DNA of 45,220 nucleotides from Alphaproteobacteria bacterium (GTDB lineage Bacteria; Pseudomonadota; Alphaproteobacteria; CAAHEQ01; UBA3637): NCBI GenBank assembly GCA_045605805.1, contig JAZUQR010000016.1, positions 1 to 45,220 of the forward strand, read 5' to 3'. Shown piece by piece: positions 43,071 to 45,220 of this stretch (position 1 is its first letter; each line of letters starts with the position of its first letter). The notes under the pieces were generated by a model. It saw only the letters and a program-made list of their open reading frames with translations, ran no database searches and was not told where the DNA came from. The position numbers and the translations under genes were made by a program.

Positions 43071-43241
43071 TTATTTCTTTTCTTCAGCCTTGGTTGTCTT
43101 TTCCTGTGGTACTTCAACAACAAATCTTCCGGCCTTATTAATCTCTGCCAATCTTTCAGGTGTGCTTTCAAACACTTCACCTGTATTACGCACCTTGCCA
43201 CTCACTTTATCTTTAAATGGCATAATCACTTTTACTTTCAT
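43071..43241 (-). CDS. 56-aa tail-region protein
   Basis: Not in the track; MKVKVIMPFKDKVSGKVRNTGEVFE..ERLAEI; RBS AAGGGGG. Confidence 0.65.
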   Translation of the reverse strand: MKVKVIMPFKDKVSGKVRNTGEVFESTPERLAEINKAGRFVVEVPQEKTTKAEEKK

Positions 43242-43254
43242 GTTCTATTCCCCC

Positions 43255-43845
43255 TTATACTGTTGGTGTAGGGTACAGAATGTGCCAAGGCAATGTGTCA
43301 GCTTCAGGTGAAATGTCAGCTACACATTCAAATGTGCCTGTGAACACACCTGCTTCCTTGTTCTTGCCTTCTGTTTCAAAGCCGGATGTACACAAAGCCC
43401 AATCAAAAATAATGATGATTGGTGTACCATCAATCTTCTTTCCAACATATCCAAGGTTCTGAATGTAATCACCTTCTTCAATTCTTGCCTTGGAAATGAT
43501 TTCTGTATATCCTTCATAATCTTCAGAAACACCCACAGTACCAACAGTTGCCATCTGTAAGATTTCCGGTGTCATTTCAACAAAATTTACTTCCATAGTG
43601 GCTGTTTCACCTGTTTTGGGATTTAAGCCTTTCACCTTTACCAATGCCCCATCCACTTCGATCTGTGTAAATTCAGGTACAATGCTCACTTTGGAACCGC
43701 CTGAAGTTGCACCAATTAAGGATTCCTCAAAGTTCCACACACCATTTTCTAATGCCAATCCCCTATGGATAGTTCCGGCACCAAGCATAATGTTTTCAGG
43801 TGTACTTGCAGTAATACCGCTTGACTTTAATTCTTCGTATGCCAT
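43255..43845 (-). CDS. Major tail protein
   Basis: TPENIMLGAG, IGATSGGSK, IEVDG, LPWHILYP; single copy; start re-called at MAYEEL (TAATG overlap). Confidence 0.85.
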   Translation of the reverse strand: MAYEELKSSGITASTPENIMLGAGTIHRGLALENGVWNFEESLIGATSGGSKVSIVPEFTQIEVDGALVKVKGLNPKTGETATMEVNFVEMTPEILQMATVGTVGVSEDYEGYTEIISKARIEEGDYIQNLGYVGKKIDGTPIIIIFDWALCTSGFETEGKNKEAGVFTGTFECVADISPEADTLPWHILYPTPTV

Positions 43846-44237
43846 TATTTCACACTCCATTCTTTTACATCTAAATTGACTTGTATCTTTCGCAACTCGT
43901 CATTCCCTGTAGGAACAACAAAGCTGTTTGCATAAAAAACAGCCACTGCTGTTTCATCTTCAGCAATGACTGTTTTTCCGCTTACCTTATTGAAATATTC
44001 TTTTATAGCTTCTTTCGCAACTTCTAATGCGTACCATGAACCCCTTGAAAAGCCTGTCAGCAAGAATGTGGATTCCTGCATACCATCTTCATTGATTGGC
44101 TCTATCTCCTGGTATTCACCCACAAAATAGATTTCCGGTGCTTCTTCTTCCTCACCAATGAGATATTCACCAAATCCATAATTCAAACCAAGGGCTTCCA
44201 TGGCATCTGATATGATTTTCAATCCCTTAATTGTCAT
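43845..44237 (-). CDS. Tail terminator/completion protein
   Basis: YFVGEYQE..EDG..FLLTGF; position before the major tail protein. Confidence 0.7.
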   Translation of the reverse strand: MTIKGLKIISDAMEALGLNYGFGEYLIGEEEEAPEIYFVGEYQEIEPINEDGMQESTFLLTGFSRGSWYALEVAKEAIKEYFNKVSGKTVIAEDETAVAVFYANSFVVPTGNDELRKIQVNLDVKEWSVK

Positions 44238-44650
44238 TTCAACCTACCTTTCAGGACTTCCTCAGCCCTACGAATCAATGCATTCTTCAGGGAATTAAAA
44301 GCACGTTGGAAGGCTCTGTGTGGTGTTTTACCATAGGTATGGTGCCAATTGCCTTTATCGTCTTGATAATACCAACCGCCTTTTCTACCATCACCATGCA
44401 AAGCATATTCACCGGTACCGAATTCTTCCCATATGGCATTTTCCAAAGGTGAACCAATAGTTGTTACCCCCTTGGATTCATCCACCCTATAGGTCCATGA
44501 ATTTTTAAGCTGTCCGGTGCCCACCCTTGAATTGCGTTTCACCTGGGCTTCAATTTCGCCCCCGGCTTCATATAGATATGCAATCACAGCAGCATCAAGG
44601 GCAGCCCTGACAGCAGCACTGTTATCTGTAAACTCTACAGCCATAATCAC
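44234..44650 (-). CDS. HK97 gp10-like neck protein
   Basis: TGQLKNSW, EFGTG, GGWYY, PHRAF. Confidence 0.85.
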   Translation of the reverse strand: MIMAVEFTDNSAAVRAALDAAVIAYLYEAGGEIEAQVKRNSRVGTGQLKNSWTYRVDESKGVTTIGSPLENAIWEEFGTGEYALHGDGRKGGWYYQDDKGNWHHTYGKTPHRAFQRAFNSLKNALIRRAEEVLKGRLK

Positions 44651-45006
44651 TGCCCCCCTGTAAATTTAAGATAGATTTCAAGGTGTTTGTGCAATTCCAT
44701 TGGATCATCAATTAACATCACATCATATCTCTGCGAATTTGCCACCATCCTGGCATTTTCCACACTTACCTTGACAGTTTTACCATCAACAACTAAAGTG
44801 GCAGGAATCGGCTTATAATCGCAAATAAAGATATGTGTTGATTCTTGGATTTTGGCATTGTATGTTGTCCGGTTTGTGGTTTCCCCGGATAAATCAAGGA
44901 AGCCGGTAAATCCCACCGCATCATGCCATGCCTGCACCTTTTCGCCTATTTCATTCTTGGTGGTGGTGCTTATCTGAAGTACCGCTTCAACATTGCCACC
45001 TATCAT
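44647..45006 (-). CDS. Head closure protein (SPP1 gp16-like)
   Basis: KNEIGE..W, ESTHIFICD, IDDPMELHKHLEIYL. Confidence 0.8.
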   Translation of the reverse strand: MIGGNVEAVLQISTTTKNEIGEKVQAWHDAVGFTGFLDLSGETTNRTTYNAKIQESTHIFICDYKPIPATLVVDGKTVKVSVENARMVANSQRYDVMLIDDPMELHKHLEIYLKFTGGQ

Positions 45007-45025
45007 ATTTAATCACCGCCCATCC

Positions 45026-45220
45026 TTAAAACCTCGCCTTCTTGTAAGGCTTCAGGAATCCCAACAATGATTTAGGGAAACCCATATCAGAATTATCCCC
45101 ATCCATGTTGAAATAGGTCACAGAATGCCTTGAAATCGTTTCTGAAGCTATCCCAACCTTATCCCGGTTTTCCAAATCCCATTTGAGCATATTAACAATG
45201 CCCATCTGTAAATCCATGGG
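45026..45220 (-). CDS. Head-tail adaptor, 3' part (joined to 1-470 across the overlap)
   Basis: In-frame continuation across the 140-bp terminal overlap. Confidence 0.85.
   Translation of the reverse strand, partial: PMDLQMGIVNMLKWDLENRDKVGIASETISRHSVTYFNMDGDNSDMGFPKSLLGFLKPYKKARF
45081..45220 (+). repeat. Terminal direct repeat (assembly overlap), copy 2
   Basis: Identical to 1-140. Confidence 0.97.

Larger units (their letters stand above)
1..45220. mobile_element. Complete temperate siphophage genome (circularly permuted; excised or virion form)
   Basis: Full set of packaging, head, neck, tail, lysis, lysogeny and replication modules; 140-bp terminal overlap; no host housekeeping genes; intact attP-like site beside the integrase. 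Confidence 0.95.

Noticed and set aside
1-45220. Stop-codon reassignment, tRNA genes or introns
   Set aside because: Core genes are full length in the standard code using all three stops; no tRNA-like or intron-like gap was seen by eye (not scanned)

Overview
The window is an apparently complete, circularly permuted ~45.1 kb temperate siphophage genome. Bases 1-140 are repeated exactly at 45081-45220, and the head-tail adaptor gene reads through that junction. The host is inferred to be a spore-forming Clostridia/Lachnospiraceae-like Firmicute (Gram-positive SOS box, Spo0A effector-domain gene, SPP1-type portal, MuF, GH73/amidase/SPOR endolysin). Most genes are on the - strand. A cI/cro switch lies at ~24.2-25.1 kb, with early recombination, replication and DNA-modification genes running leftward from it. 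The late promoter at ~11.8 kb is followed by terminases, portal, MuF with a C-terminal ADP-ribosyltransferase, a holin-endolysin pair placed inside the head module, scaffold and capsid, and then (wrapping round) neck and tail genes. A large serine integrase, an intact attP-like inverted repeat, a Spo0A C-terminal-domain gene and a small-ORF accessory operon occupy 25.2-28.8 kb. The most striking feature is the tail module. One major tail protein and one frameshifted chaperone pair serve TWO intact, diverged tail-tip sets: two tape measure proteins, two Dit, two Tal and two different fibre/RBP genes, arranged TMP-A-[TMP-B-Dit-B-Tal-B-fibre-B]-Dit-A-Tal-A-DUF859. A terminator and RBS-occluding hairpins sit at the cassette borders, and TMP-A is almost lysine-free and arginine-rich. 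Other highlights are a LexA-box-controlled 34-aa ORF that resembles the CI C-terminus (candidate antirepressor), four candidate DNA-modifying enzymes, and a Mom-like gene flanked by a 14-bp direct repeat. All family calls come from motif recognition by eye; no searches were run.
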